A stretch of DNA of 64,000 bases from an uncultured virus (IMG/VR IMGVR_UViG_3300033153_010090) (taxonomy: Duplodnaviria; Heunggongvirae; Uroviricota; Caudoviricetes), in the IMG/VR virus record IMGVR_UViG_3300033153_010090; one strand, written 5' to 3'. The position numbers were made by a program, and so were the translations under genes. Position 1 is the stretch's first letter; each line of letters begins with the position of its first letter. Shown here one piece after another: positions 9,605 to 18,577 of this stretch. The notes below the pieces were generated by a model, which saw nothing but the letters and a program-made list of their open reading frames with translations, searched no databases and had not been told where the DNA came from.

Positions 9605-10456
9605 ATGAAGTATGCAGTCACGCACAAGGGTAAGGCGCACCGTGACGAGGTGCTCGCTGTGGGCCTGGCGCTCTACGCCGGGGTCATCACCCTGACCACG
9701 AAAGTCTTCCGGCGCGACCCGACGCCGGAGGAGCTCGAGGACCCCGAGGTTCTCGTGTTGGACGTCGGAGAGAGGCACGACCCCGGTCGTCAGTGCTTCG
9801 ACCACCACCAGCTCCCCCGGGGCACGCGCGACTGTGCGCTGTCCTTGCTGGCCCGTCACCTCCAGGTCAAGGGTAGGGAGCCCCTGACCTTCCACGAGCT
9901 GTGGAGCGACCGTCCCTGGTATCGCTTCACAGTTGGTCTGGACAGCCTTGGCCCATTCGTGGTGGCCAAGGAGCTCGGACTGGAGGAGCTCCCCCCGGAG
10001 CTCAACTCTCCATTCGAGTTGACCATTCTCGACGCGGCTGAGAACTCTTCGGAGTTCGATGAGGTCGTGAAGTTGATGGCATTCCAGACCATCGGTGGGC
10101 GTGTGGAGGACGCGCTGAAAATGCGCGACCGCCTCACGTGGCTTCAGCAGAACGCAGAGCTCCTCGTGATCAACGGAGTGAACATCCTGCTCATCGGGGC
10201 AGATGACACCTTCGGAGTCAACGAGTACCGCTCGCGCCTGCTGGCCGAGGGTGTCGAGATCGCGGCGTCGGTCAGTCACGACGACCGCGGCACTGGTTTC
10301 GCTCTCTACAGGTTCGCTGACCACCCTCGGGTGGACTTCAGTCGGATCGAGGGCGACACTGGTGTGTTGTTTGCTCACAAGGGTGGCTTCATCGCCAAGA
10401 CCCATGGGCGCAACCTCGACGATGCCCGCCGCCTCCTCGCCGCCTCCATCATCTAA
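9605..10456 (+). CDS. Myg1-family (DHH superfamily) metal-dependent hydrolase/exonuclease
   Basis: THKGKAHRDEV, LDVG..HDP...FDHHQ, FAHKGGFIA; strong RBS at the 9605 start. Confidence 0.85.
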   Translation: MKYAVTHKGKAHRDEVLAVGLALYAGVITLTTKVFRRDPTPEELEDPEVLVLDVGERHDPGRQCFDHHQLPRGTRDCALSLLARHLQVKGREPLTFHELWSDRPWYRFTVGLDSLGPFVVAKELGLEELPPELNSPFELTILDAAENSSEFDEVVKLMAFQTIGGRVEDALKMRDRLTWLQQNAELLVINGVNILLIGADDTFGVNEYRSRLLAEGVEIAASVSHDDRGTGFALYRFADHPRVDFSRIEGDTGVLFAHKGGFIAKTHGRNLDDARRLLAASII

Positions 10457-10525
10457 TCACTCGCCCGTTCGGGCACCGGGGGCTTCAAGCCCCTTCCCTT
10501 AGCTGGAAACGTGAGTCGTTACATG

Positions 10526-10533
10526 GGTATAAG
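10526..10533 (+). promoter_or_regulatory. GGTATAAG motif, putative phage promoter
   Basis: Upstream of AAAGGAGGCCATCATG of the CCA enzyme gene. Confidence 0.6.
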
Positions 10534-10556
10534 AAGGACATGGAAAGGAGGCCATC

Positions 10557-11918
10557 ATGGTGGTTCCTGGGATTGTTGAGCGCATTGTGGCGCTCGTTGT
10601 CGCCGCAGGTGGAAAGGCACTGCTCGTTGGGGGAGCGGTAGTTGATCATCTGCAGGGCCGTGAGCCCAAAGACTGGGACATTGAGGTGTACGGTCTGCCC
10701 ATGTCCCGGGTGGAACAGTTGCTGACCGAGGCCGAGCTCAACCCGAAAGCTGTCGGGAAGGAGTTTGGCATCCTCAAGATCGGTGGGGATATTGAGGTGG
10801 ATGTCTCCGTCCCCCGCAGGGAGAACAAGATCGGGAAGGGTCATCGCGACTTTGCGGTGGAGCTCGACCCGAACATGACTCCCAAGGAGGCCGCTCGCCG
10901 GCGCGACCTCACGATCAACAGCATCGCCTATGACCTCAGTACGGGAGAGGTCATCGACCCCTGGGGCGGTGTTGAGGATCTGAAGGCCGGCATCATCCGC
11001 GCCACGGACCCGGAGACCTTTGTTGAGGACCCTCTCCGGGTCTTGCGCATCATGCAGCTACTCCCTCGCAAGGGGGACTCACTGGACGCTGCCACTCTTG
11101 GGCTGTGCAAGCGGCTTGAAGGTGAGTTCCAGAACCTCTCCCGCGAACGTGTGTTTGTGGAGTGGGAGAAGCTGCTGCTCAAGGCAGAGAAGCCCAGCAT
11201 TGGGCTGACCTTCTTGAGGGCGTGCGGATGGATCAGACACTTCCCTGAGCTCGCGGCACTCGTGGGCTGTGCGCAGCACCCGGAGTGGCACCCGGAGGGA
11301 GATGCCTGGCAGCACACCTTGGTGGTGTTGGACAACGCGGCCAAGGTGAGGGGCCAGCTGCCTGAGGAGTGGCGCCTCGGGTTCATGTTCGGAGCTCTGC
11401 TTCACGATGTGGGTAAGCCCTCCACCACCCTGGAGGACTTCACCAGTCGTGGTCATGACGCGGCGGGGTTGCCACTCGCTGAGGGGTTCATGAAGAGAGT
11501 CACGAACAGCAAGTCCCTACTCGAGCAGGTCGACAGCGTCGTTGGGCAGCACATGCAGCCCGGCAACCTCGAGCGGGGCAACGCCAAGGCCTCTGCCTGG
11601 CGCCGGCTGCAGAACAAGCTGCGGCTGGATGTGCTGGGGTGGATGAGCTTGTGCGACTGGGCTTGTGTCCCAGGCCGTGATGTTCTCGCGTCGAACGACC
11701 ACAAGCCCAGCAAACTGTGCTGGAAGTGGTTCGAGGACTTGGGAGCCACGGCTGAGAAGATCGAGTCTATCCTGGGAGGGAAGGACCTGGTCGCCGCTGG
11801 ATACAAGCCGGGCCCTGCGTTCGGGAAGGCTCTCCAGAAAGCCTACGAGGCTCAGATGGAGGGGATCACCAACCGGGGTGAGCTGCTTGCTATCGCAATC
11901 GAAGACCTCATCGCCTGA
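10557..11918 (+). CDS. cca: Class II tRNA nucleotidyltransferase (CCA-adding-like) with HD domain
   Basis: VGGAV.D...DWDIE, RRDLTINS, EDPLRVLR, HPEGD..HT, LLHDVGK, PGP.FG. Confidence 0.9.
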   Translation: MVVPGIVERIVALVVAAGGKALLVGGAVVDHLQGREPKDWDIEVYGLPMSRVEQLLTEAELNPKAVGKEFGILKIGGDIEVDVSVPRRENKIGKGHRDFAVELDPNMTPKEAARRRDLTINSIAYDLSTGEVIDPWGGVEDLKAGIIRATDPETFVEDPLRVLRIMQLLPRKGDSLDAATLGLCKRLEGEFQNLSRERVFVEWEKLLLKAEKPSIGLTFLRACGWIRHFPELAALVGCAQHPEWHPEGDAWQHTLVVLDNAAKVRGQLPEEWRLGFMFGALLHDVGKPSTTLEDFTSRGHDAAGLPLAEGFMKRVTNSKSLLEQVDSVVGQHMQPGNLERGNAKASAWRRLQNKLRLDVLGWMSLCDWACVPGRDVLASNDHKPSKLCWKWFEDLGATAEKIESILGGKDLVAAGYKPGPAFGKALQKAYEAQMEGITNRGELLAIAIEDLIA

Positions 11919-11961
11919 TGAGGCGGCAACCCGTGATGCCCGGGTTTCTTAGCCTGGATTC

Positions 11962-11969
11962 GGTATAAG
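11962..11969 (+). promoter_or_regulatory. GGTATAAG motif, putative phage promoter
   Basis: Follows a hairpin-TTAGC and precedes AAAGGAGGCCATCATG. Confidence 0.6.
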
Positions 11970-11994
11970 AAAGGTACCAAGAAAGGAGGCCATC

Positions 11995-12477
11995 ATGAGT
12001 CTTATTGAGTATGAGAAGAGGGTGGGGGTAACCCACGAAGATAGGGAGCGAGTGCTACCTGGCCCCGAAGCTTTTCAGGAGGAAGCCCTTCGCAACATGG
12101 CTACGTTGGTAGTGCCGGTCCGGACTGGAGGGAGGTGGCACGAGAGCTTCTCCATCGAGGGTGTGACGCCACCGGCGGATATGGAGCTGGGTAACGTCCA
12201 CCACGCCGGGCCGTATATCTTCGTCGCCCTGTGGGGAGACGAGGAACTGACCGGTGAGGAGTACGAGCACCAGCTGTTCATGGGAGCTTTGTCGGCGTGG
12301 GCCTCAGCCGCCATCGGTGAAGCGAAGCTGGTGGTGTTCCCCATCCTCGACGCGTACAAGGACCAGCTGTGGGCTTTGGAGAGAGGAGTCTATGACCAGA
12401 AAATCGGCCACATCTCGGCGGGGCTTCCCACCCCAGATCACATCTATCTCTCAATACCCTTGAGCCGCCGCTTGTAG
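11995..12477 (+). CDS. Hypothetical early protein
   Basis: Strong RBS, 160-aa ORF. Confidence 0.7.
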   Translation: MSLIEYEKRVGVTHEDRERVLPGPEAFQEEALRNMATLVVPVRTGGRWHESFSIEGVTPPADMELGNVHHAGPYIFVALWGDEELTGEEYEHQLFMGALSAWASAAIGEAKLVVFPILDAYKDQLWALERGVYDQKIGHISAGLPTPDHIYLSIPLSRRL

Positions 12478-13247
12478 AGAGCGACGAGCTCGCCCTTCGT
12501 AGGGGAGGGATTTGAAGCGGGGTCAACTACTCGACGGCGGGCGCGGTGGTACAAGCTGGTATCCAACATACGGAGCCCAGCATCCTCTGCGTCCGCCTTC
12601 GGGTACGCGAGGGTCTTGTTTTTAGCCCTGGTCGCAGTGTCGAGGATCGCAGTGTCCGCAGTAGGTAGCGAGCCAGGTGCAGCTTCACGAACGAGCTGCT
12701 TACGCTTCTTCCCTGGGTTCGCCTGCTGCAGTTTCGCGATAGCCTCATTACGAGCTCGGTTCAGCTTGTACCCCTGAGGCCCTGAGACCACCGCCCACGG
12801 GGCAACATTTCCGGTGCGGATATTTCTCGACAGCGGCATCTTGTCAGCCAGGTGTTCCAAGTTCGTTGCAATGCCCTCGTCCTGCAACCCGCCAAGGTAC
12901 TTCTTCTGCTGAGGGAACCCCCTCCACCAGTACACACCGGGGCCATACTGAGCTTTCTCCAAATCTCCAGCAGGCGACGGCCGTATGAACCGGACAGTAT
13001 CGTCACCTCTCTCAACCCCCTCGAGGATGCCCTCCATGTTCTTTGGAGACGTGCCGTGTAGTGCATGCCCTTTCGTCGGAACAAACCGGCCCCCGATGGT
13101 TTCACCGCGCTTTTTGTTGAGCGCAACGCTGCGGCGAGCTTTCTCAAAACCCTCAGCAGCGCGGCGGTACTGCTTCACCGCCCCATGAACTCTGGCTATC
13201 TTCTGAAGCTCATCGGTGAAGGCGGAGAAAGTGGTCGTGTTCATCAC
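12444..13247 (-). CDS. Putative virion internal protein with ADP-ribosyltransferase-like motifs
   Basis: N-terminal AFTDELQKIA motif; LHGTS...IL...RPS...YGPGVYW resembles H-Y clade ART motifs; translationally coupled to the portal gene. Confidence 0.5.
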   Translation of the reverse strand: MMNTTTFSAFTDELQKIARVHGAVKQYRRAAEGFEKARRSVALNKKRGETIGGRFVPTKGHALHGTSPKNMEGILEGVERGDDTVRFIRPSPAGDLEKAQYGPGVYWWRGFPQQKKYLGGLQDEGIATNLEHLADKMPLSRNIRTGNVAPWAVVSGPQGYKLNRARNEAIAKLQQANPGKKRKQLVREAAPGSLPTADTAILDTATRAKNKTLAYPKADAEDAGLRMLDTSLYHRARRRVVDPASNPSPTKGELVALYKRRLKGIER

Positions 13248-15127
13248 ACCGCCTGTGCTTCGGGACCTCGGCGGGCAGGACGCTGTTCAGGCTGCGGCAT
13301 CTCTGCTGAGTTCACGTGGGCGCCTGCGCGCTGCTGCATCATCTGGCTGACGATGTGGTGGAGCTGTGGGTTGTCCCGCTGCATTTGCGTCAAGACGTTG
13401 GCCTTCTCCGCGTCGGGCTTCTGATCCAGCCACCCAGCAACTCGCTCTGCGACCGCGCCCATGTCCTGCGCACCGCCACGCGGAGCCTCAGCAAGCTGGG
13501 ACTGCGCGTCCGGGATGGGAGGCTCTGGTTGGGGTGGCGCCGCCGGTGCTGGTGCCGGTTGCTGCATCTGCATCATCGCCTTCTGACCTCGCATCTGGTA
13601 TTTCTGCATGACGAGCTGGGCTTCACCCTGAATGGTGGCCTGAGCCAGCGCCGTACGCCGCTGGGCCTCCATCGCCCTCTTCTGCTCCTCCATGATGCGC
13701 GTAGTCTCTTCGGTCGAGTCCCAGTCCACCTCCTCCAGGAGGGCCTTGTCGCTGAGCTTGTTCGCCTGGTTGAGCTGCATGAAGAAGGCCGACCGCTGCA
13801 GGTCGTCCGCCATCTTGAACTTCTTGAAGTGGCAGGGAGTCGCGGGCCAACCCATGAACGCCGAGATGGCGGGCATGATGAAGTTGGTGACCATCTTCAG
13901 GTGGTTGCTGCGATCCTCGATGAAGTGGTTCTCGAGCATCCGCATACTCACGTTGGAACCAGAGTAGCTCATGCCTCCGAAGGCGAACTCGAGCGGGACA
14001 CCCATACCGGTGACGATGTGGTCCGCCCAGATCTTGTACTCCTGTGAGAGCGACAGCGCCCGGCCGTCGCCGCCCAGGGTCTGCTGACCCATCGGCAGAG
14101 GGAGCAGGGGGATGTAGTTGTTGTCCATGCGCCAACGGAGGATCTCCCGTTCAGCAGTCTCCTTCCAGTCGGAGATGTTGACCGTGGAGAAGACGTCTGC
14201 ACTGGCCGCCGAGGTCTGTGGGAACAGGATGCGCAGCGGCACAATGTGCTCGACCGCGATGGCTTCCTGAGCCTTGCGCAGGATCTGCAGGTAGAAGGTG
14301 TCCTTCAGGACCGGCAGGATCATCGGCAGGCCCCAACCCTTGTCCTTCTGGGCGATGGTGGGGCGCTTGCGATGGAAGAAGTTGTTCGGGTTGAACCGGA
14401 CCGACTTGTTCCTGGACGCAGCCTGGATGAAGATCTGCGGGATCTTCTCGATGATAGACCGCTTGGCCATTCGAATGTCGTTCGAGAGCGTGGCCGGGAT
14501 GTTGTAGAAGTACTCGCTCTCACCCGTGACATCGTTGTGCACCACGGTCACGTTCTCCGGGTTCCACCTGATGAGGCGGATCTCTCGGTAGGAGCGGATG
14601 TGGATGTCCTTCACCTTGAACGAACCGTTGTAGCCACACGAGCACGAGCCGTGGAACTTGAAGTCACGGAATTTGTAGTTGCGGAACTTGTCGACCCGCG
14701 TTTCCTTCTTGCACTTCGGGCAGATGAGCCACTTCCGGAAGGGGAAGAAGATCGAGATGAAGCTGTTTCCGTAGCAGTAGTAGTCGAGGCCCGACTCCAC
14801 CCTGAACATCTTGAACTGCAACGTGTTGTCGAAGAAGTCTTCCCAGCGGTTCTTCAGATTCGAGTTGCTCGAGTCGATAACCAGGTCGGTCACCGGGTAC
14901 TCGGACATCTTCCAGACGACGTTGTTGATGATGGGATTCGTCAGGAAGTAGAACCGGCACCACCGCAGCATGCTCTTGTAGCTGCTGGGTAGATACATGT
15001 GGGCGATGTCGAAGAAGGGGGATGGGTAGCGGAGCGTACCAAGCGCCTGGCTGGTCAGGTTTCGCCCTGAGTTGCCGGCGAAGCTGGCACCACCAGAGGC
15101 ACCGAACTGCATGGAAGTAAGGCTCAT
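13244..15127 (-). CDS. Portal protein (with inserted Cys4 zinc ribbon)
   Basis: NPII..VV, DYY.YGNSF, WNPENV, FFH...GWGLP, IVTGMGVP..F...SYS pattern and Q/P-rich tail typical of phage portals. Confidence 0.75.
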   Translation of the reverse strand: MSLTSMQFGASGGASFAGNSGRNLTSQALGTLRYPSPFFDIAHMYLPSSYKSMLRWCRFYFLTNPIINNVVWKMSEYPVTDLVIDSSNSNLKNRWEDFFDNTLQFKMFRVESGLDYYCYGNSFISIFFPFRKWLICPKCKKETRVDKFRNYKFRDFKFHGSCSCGYNGSFKVKDIHIRSYREIRLIRWNPENVTVVHNDVTGESEYFYNIPATLSNDIRMAKRSIIEKIPQIFIQAASRNKSVRFNPNNFFHRKRPTIAQKDKGWGLPMILPVLKDTFYLQILRKAQEAIAVEHIVPLRILFPQTSAASADVFSTVNISDWKETAEREILRWRMDNNYIPLLPLPMGQQTLGGDGRALSLSQEYKIWADHIVTGMGVPLEFAFGGMSYSGSNVSMRMLENHFIEDRSNHLKMVTNFIMPAISAFMGWPATPCHFKKFKMADDLQRSAFFMQLNQANKLSDKALLEEVDWDSTEETTRIMEEQKRAMEAQRRTALAQATIQGEAQLVMQKYQMRGQKAMMQMQQPAPAPAAPPQPEPPIPDAQSQLAEAPRGGAQDMGAVAERVAGWLDQKPDAEKANVLTQMQRDNPQLHHIVSQMMQQRAGAHVNSAEMPQPEQRPARRGPEAQAV

Positions 15128-15861
15128 CCGTAGTACTTCCTGACTTTGCTCATTTGCTGGGCGGCTTCAGTGGGGGAAGGAGCTTCCACCGCCTGAACGA
15201 TGTTGGCTCCTCCACGGAGCCGATCCAGGATACGACCGAACTTACCACCAGCCCATGAACCACCAGTGGCCAACCCCATGGCGGGAACCATACCAACACC
15301 CCCGCCCATAACGAATCCACCTGTGCCCCCGACCTCGCGCATCAGCTGCTCGTATCGACCACCTTCCCCGGTGGGGGTTGCCTTGGGGGCAGACGCCACT
15401 CCCGGGATTGCGGAGGCAGCAAAGCTAGCGGTCAAACCCTTCTGCCCCATGGGGAGATACTTGGTGACCTTGCCCCGACCGGTCCAGCCTCGCCGAGACA
15501 ATTCATTTGCAAGGCGGCCTTGGCCCATCGCGTCGCGGATGGACTGCGGACGTTCGAGCAGATGCTTCTGGCTACCCTCACCGAAGGTCCGGGACAGCCA
15601 GCCCCCCTTGGTGGACTTCTCCGCGATGCGTGCTGCCTCACGCGGATCAATCTTGGGCCGCATGGCGTTCCACCCTGCGGGGATGCCCTCAAGAGGGTTG
15701 GCCACACGCTTGGCGGCTGTCCCAAAGTCCTGGGCTCCCGCCGCTGCGAACCGCCGGAGTCGCCCAAGGATGTCCCTGACGGGGATGGCTGCCGTCTTCT
15801 CGATGCTCTCCATCTCATCAAGCATCGCAGACCATTTGACCGCGGTCAATTCGTCACCCAC
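15124..15861 (-). CDS. Putative virion internal protein
   Basis: AMLDEMESIEKTAA motif; basic; Gly-rich hydrophobic segment near the C-terminus. Confidence 0.7.
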   Translation of the reverse strand: MGDELTAVKWSAMLDEMESIEKTAAIPVRDILGRLRRFAAAGAQDFGTAAKRVANPLEGIPAGWNAMRPKIDPREAARIAEKSTKGGWLSRTFGEGSQKHLLERPQSIRDAMGQGRLANELSRRGWTGRGKVTKYLPMGQKGLTASFAASAIPGVASAPKATPTGEGGRYEQLMREVGGTGGFVMGGGVGMVPAMGLATGGSWAGGKFGRILDRLRGGANIVQAVEAPSPTEAAQQMSKVRKYYG

Positions 15862-16718
15862 TTTGCAAGCTCCTTGAGCTGCTCCACCAGCTGCTGCCGA
15901 CGAAAAGCCATGTACCTGTAGGCTACCACGAGCTTCGCAGCTTGAACATCCTCTGCGGACTCGTCATCGATGTCCGCGGTTGGGGGCAGACGGAGAAGTT
16001 CAAGGTAGCGCTCCTTCACACCTGCGGGATCGCGGGTGAGGAACTCATCCCTGTTCTTCCCCACGTGTAGGGGGATCCACGGGGCAGGCTGCCCGTTCAG
16101 GTTGTGCTGATCCATGAAGCGACCTGTGCAGAAGTCACATCGGCCGTCATCATCATCGTCCACGGATTCGATGGTCCCGCAGTCCTTGCAGATGTAGCGC
16201 GGCCGTGACAGGTCCGTGCGGGCGAACTCCAGAGGAAGAGGAAGGTACATCACCCCGGACTCGACAGTGCAGGTGGCCACGTACTTGGAGACCTCCCCGC
16301 TGTACTCATCCTTCTTGATGTTGGCGGCGATGTCCACGCCGGCCATGAGCTGAGGGAGGGTGCAGATCTGGAGCGTGTCGAACTTGGGGATGTTGTTGTT
16401 CAACGCCTGGATGACCTTCTCAAACGACTCCCAATGCTCCCAGTAAACGTCGCTCGTGAGGAGAGTCCGGACTGCCTGGATCTTGTTCCAGTTGTGCTCA
16501 CTGATGCTGGTGGCCTTGAAGGTCTCAACGATCTCCCTCTTCAGAGTCGGAGGCTCCCACCAGATCCAGTCGGTCTCGAACTTTTCCATCAGCACCCAGG
16601 CCGCAGCCGCGGGGTGCATGTCGTGCCAGGCGAAGAAGCGGACGATGGGCTCCTCGGAAGCCCGTACCGCAGCCGGTGCTCGCTTGGGGTCAAGCCCCCA
16701 CTTCTCAAGGTCGCTCAC
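15846..16718 (-). CDS. Hypothetical protein with CxxC...CxxC
   Basis: AGGAG RBS, 290 aa, within the head operon. Confidence 0.75.
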   Translation of the reverse strand: MSDLEKWGLDPKRAPAAVRASEEPIVRFFAWHDMHPAAAAWVLMEKFETDWIWWEPPTLKREIVETFKATSISEHNWNKIQAVRTLLTSDVYWEHWESFEKVIQALNNNIPKFDTLQICTLPQLMAGVDIAANIKKDEYSGEVSKYVATCTVESGVMYLPLPLEFARTDLSRPRYICKDCGTIESVDDDDDGRCDFCTGRFMDQHNLNGQPAPWIPLHVGKNRDEFLTRDPAGVKERYLELLRLPPTADIDDESAEDVQAAKLVVAYRYMAFRRQQLVEQLKELAKWVTN

Positions 16719-16727
16719 GAGCAGCTC

Positions 16728-17846
16728 CTACAGCCTATGCTGCGCGCTGCTGCCGTCCGAAGCTGCGTCCTCCGCCATCCGGGCGAGGAGCTTCTTCTCC
16801 GGGAGCGGCAGGGACTTGAAGAGGCCAATGGGGTCCTTCACGAACTCAGCCTCGAACTTGCCTGCGAAGGTACCCTCCAACAGGTTGGGCCGGTTGCGCG
16901 CCAGGTTGAGAAGGGCCTGACCCGTCACACTGTCACCCCCCTGCTCCCAGATGATGTCGGCTGTCTTCTGCAGACCGAAGGTGGACTCCCAGGGGTCAGG
17001 CAGATCGTGGGCCCACCGGGTGTCCAGCTCGTTGTCGATGTCGAAGCGGCGAAGGCACTCGGAGAAGTAACCCTCACCGATCTGGGCGCGCTTCTCGAAG
17101 AGCTCATCCAGGTACTCGCCCTGCTCTCGGTCCGCGGCGGCCAGCTTCCGTATCGCCAGCATGGCCTTGATGTGGCCAGCGGGGGCGAAGGTCTGGGCGC
17201 CCGCCTCCTTGATGCTCTCGTCCAAAGGGTAGCCGAGGGTCTCGGCCTTGGACGCCAGCTTCACACAGCAGTGCCGGCGGATGGAGGGCTCGAGCAGATG
17301 GCGGTTGTCCTGGATGTATAGCTCAGCCTGCTTCACCCGGTCCCACGTGTCGATGGGGAACTTGGCCCCCAGCAGGTAGTCGTCCGGGTCTGTCGGGCGC
17401 GCGTTGGCCAGCTTCGGCATGGGGCGCCGGCCGGTGATGTCGACCACGGCGTCCTCGCCCAGGTTCGGGGAGCTGAACCCATCAACCTCAACGTGCCCCG
17501 CCACCTTGGTGAGAGCTTGAGGTGGGATGATCCCGAACGCGATACATGCTTGGGACAGGTTGGAGGCGGCAGTCTTCTGCGCGTCCTCGGGCAGCTTGTC
17601 CCCATGTTCCATGAAGTAGATCACCGACATGGCCGTGGTCCCGGCATCGGTACACGCGTACTTCCGCAAGACATCACCGCCGTCAAGGGCCACGAGGGCG
17701 AAGTCCTGGTCAGGAACATCGTCCCGGGGCTGAACAGCCGCGGTCTTGATCGTGTCAGGAAGATCGTCGACAGATGGGAAGCGGGCCTTCAGTGTGGCTC
17801 CCTTGTCATCGTAGTAGTCAAGGACGATTCCGCCGTACTTGTGCAT
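16728..17846 (-). CDS. Putative head/scaffold-type protein rich in K-x-A motifs
   Basis: IKTAA, QKTAA, TKVAG, VKLAS, RKLAA, EKRAQ, QKTAD. Confidence 0.75.
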   Translation of the reverse strand: MHKYGGIVLDYYDDKGATLKARFPSVDDLPDTIKTAAVQPRDDVPDQDFALVALDGGDVLRKYACTDAGTTAMSVIYFMEHGDKLPEDAQKTAASNLSQACIAFGIIPPQALTKVAGHVEVDGFSSPNLGEDAVVDITGRRPMPKLANARPTDPDDYLLGAKFPIDTWDRVKQAELYIQDNRHLLEPSIRRHCCVKLASKAETLGYPLDESIKEAGAQTFAPAGHIKAMLAIRKLAAADREQGEYLDELFEKRAQIGEGYFSECLRRFDIDNELDTRWAHDLPDPWESTFGLQKTADIIWEQGGDSVTGQALLNLARNRPNLLEGTFAGKFEAEFVKDPIGLFKSLPLPEKKLLARMAEDAASDGSSAQHRL

Positions 17847-17931
17847 CGGAGGTCTCCGTTTCGGTGGGCCATTTATCAGGCTACCGTCGCTGATCTCGCC
17901 TGGTCAAGAACGAAAATAACACGAACGCGCC

Positions 17932-17939
17932 GGTATAAG
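17932..17939 (+). promoter_or_regulatory. GGTATAAG motif at the head of the replication operon
   Basis: Divergent intergenic region, followed by AGGAGG RBS. Confidence 0.6.
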
Positions 17940-17975
17940 CACCACATAGATTAACCCACGCCAGGAGGTGCTCCC

Positions 17976-18515
17976 GTGCCCGACGACATGGACGTCCAAG
18001 ATCGGATGTATGCCTGCTTTGGAGGCTACGAAGATCGAGACTGTGACAACTGTGTTGCATTCCACGAAAGTGATGGTCCTTGCTGCTATGCCAGACAGGA
18101 CAAGTTCGACCCTGACGACGACACGAAGAACGGATGTCAGGAATGCCCCCACTTTGACAACTGCGCTGAGGCCTGTGGCTACGAGCTGGTGGAAGAGGAA
18201 GAGGAAGAGACTCCGCCGACGCGTTTCTCCAGCTACACGACGCCATTCCAGCAACAACCAAAGAAGCCCACTCCGAGAATCACCATCCGTGGGGGTGCCC
18301 CCGCAAGACAACCTGTACGCACAATGTACACCCCACCCTCCTCACAAGCCCTCGCTCGTCGACCCGCGATGACAGTCGGACAGCTCGCTCAAGTGGGGCA
18401 GCAATACGGCCGGACATCAAACCCGGAGCGTTTCTTCAAGGACTCAGTCTGGGGTTCCTTCCGTGGGTTCCTCCACGCAGCGCTCCACTTCGTCGACACA
18501 CACTACTGGGATTGA
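17976..18515 (+). CDS. Hypothetical Cys-rich protein
   Basis: AGGAGG + GTG; two C-F/Y...CxxC...C repeats. Confidence 0.7.
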   Translation: MPDDMDVQDRMYACFGGYEDRDCDNCVAFHESDGPCCYARQDKFDPDDDTKNGCQECPHFDNCAEACGYELVEEEEEETPPTRFSSYTTPFQQQPKKPTPRITIRGGAPARQPVRTMYTPPSSQALARRPAMTVGQLAQVGQQYGRTSNPERFFKDSVWGSFRGFLHAALHFVDTHYWD

Positions 18516-18577
18516 GGGCCCTTGACCAATACATACGATGTATGTATAGGGGCCCTCATCCCCTTTAAGGAGGCCAG

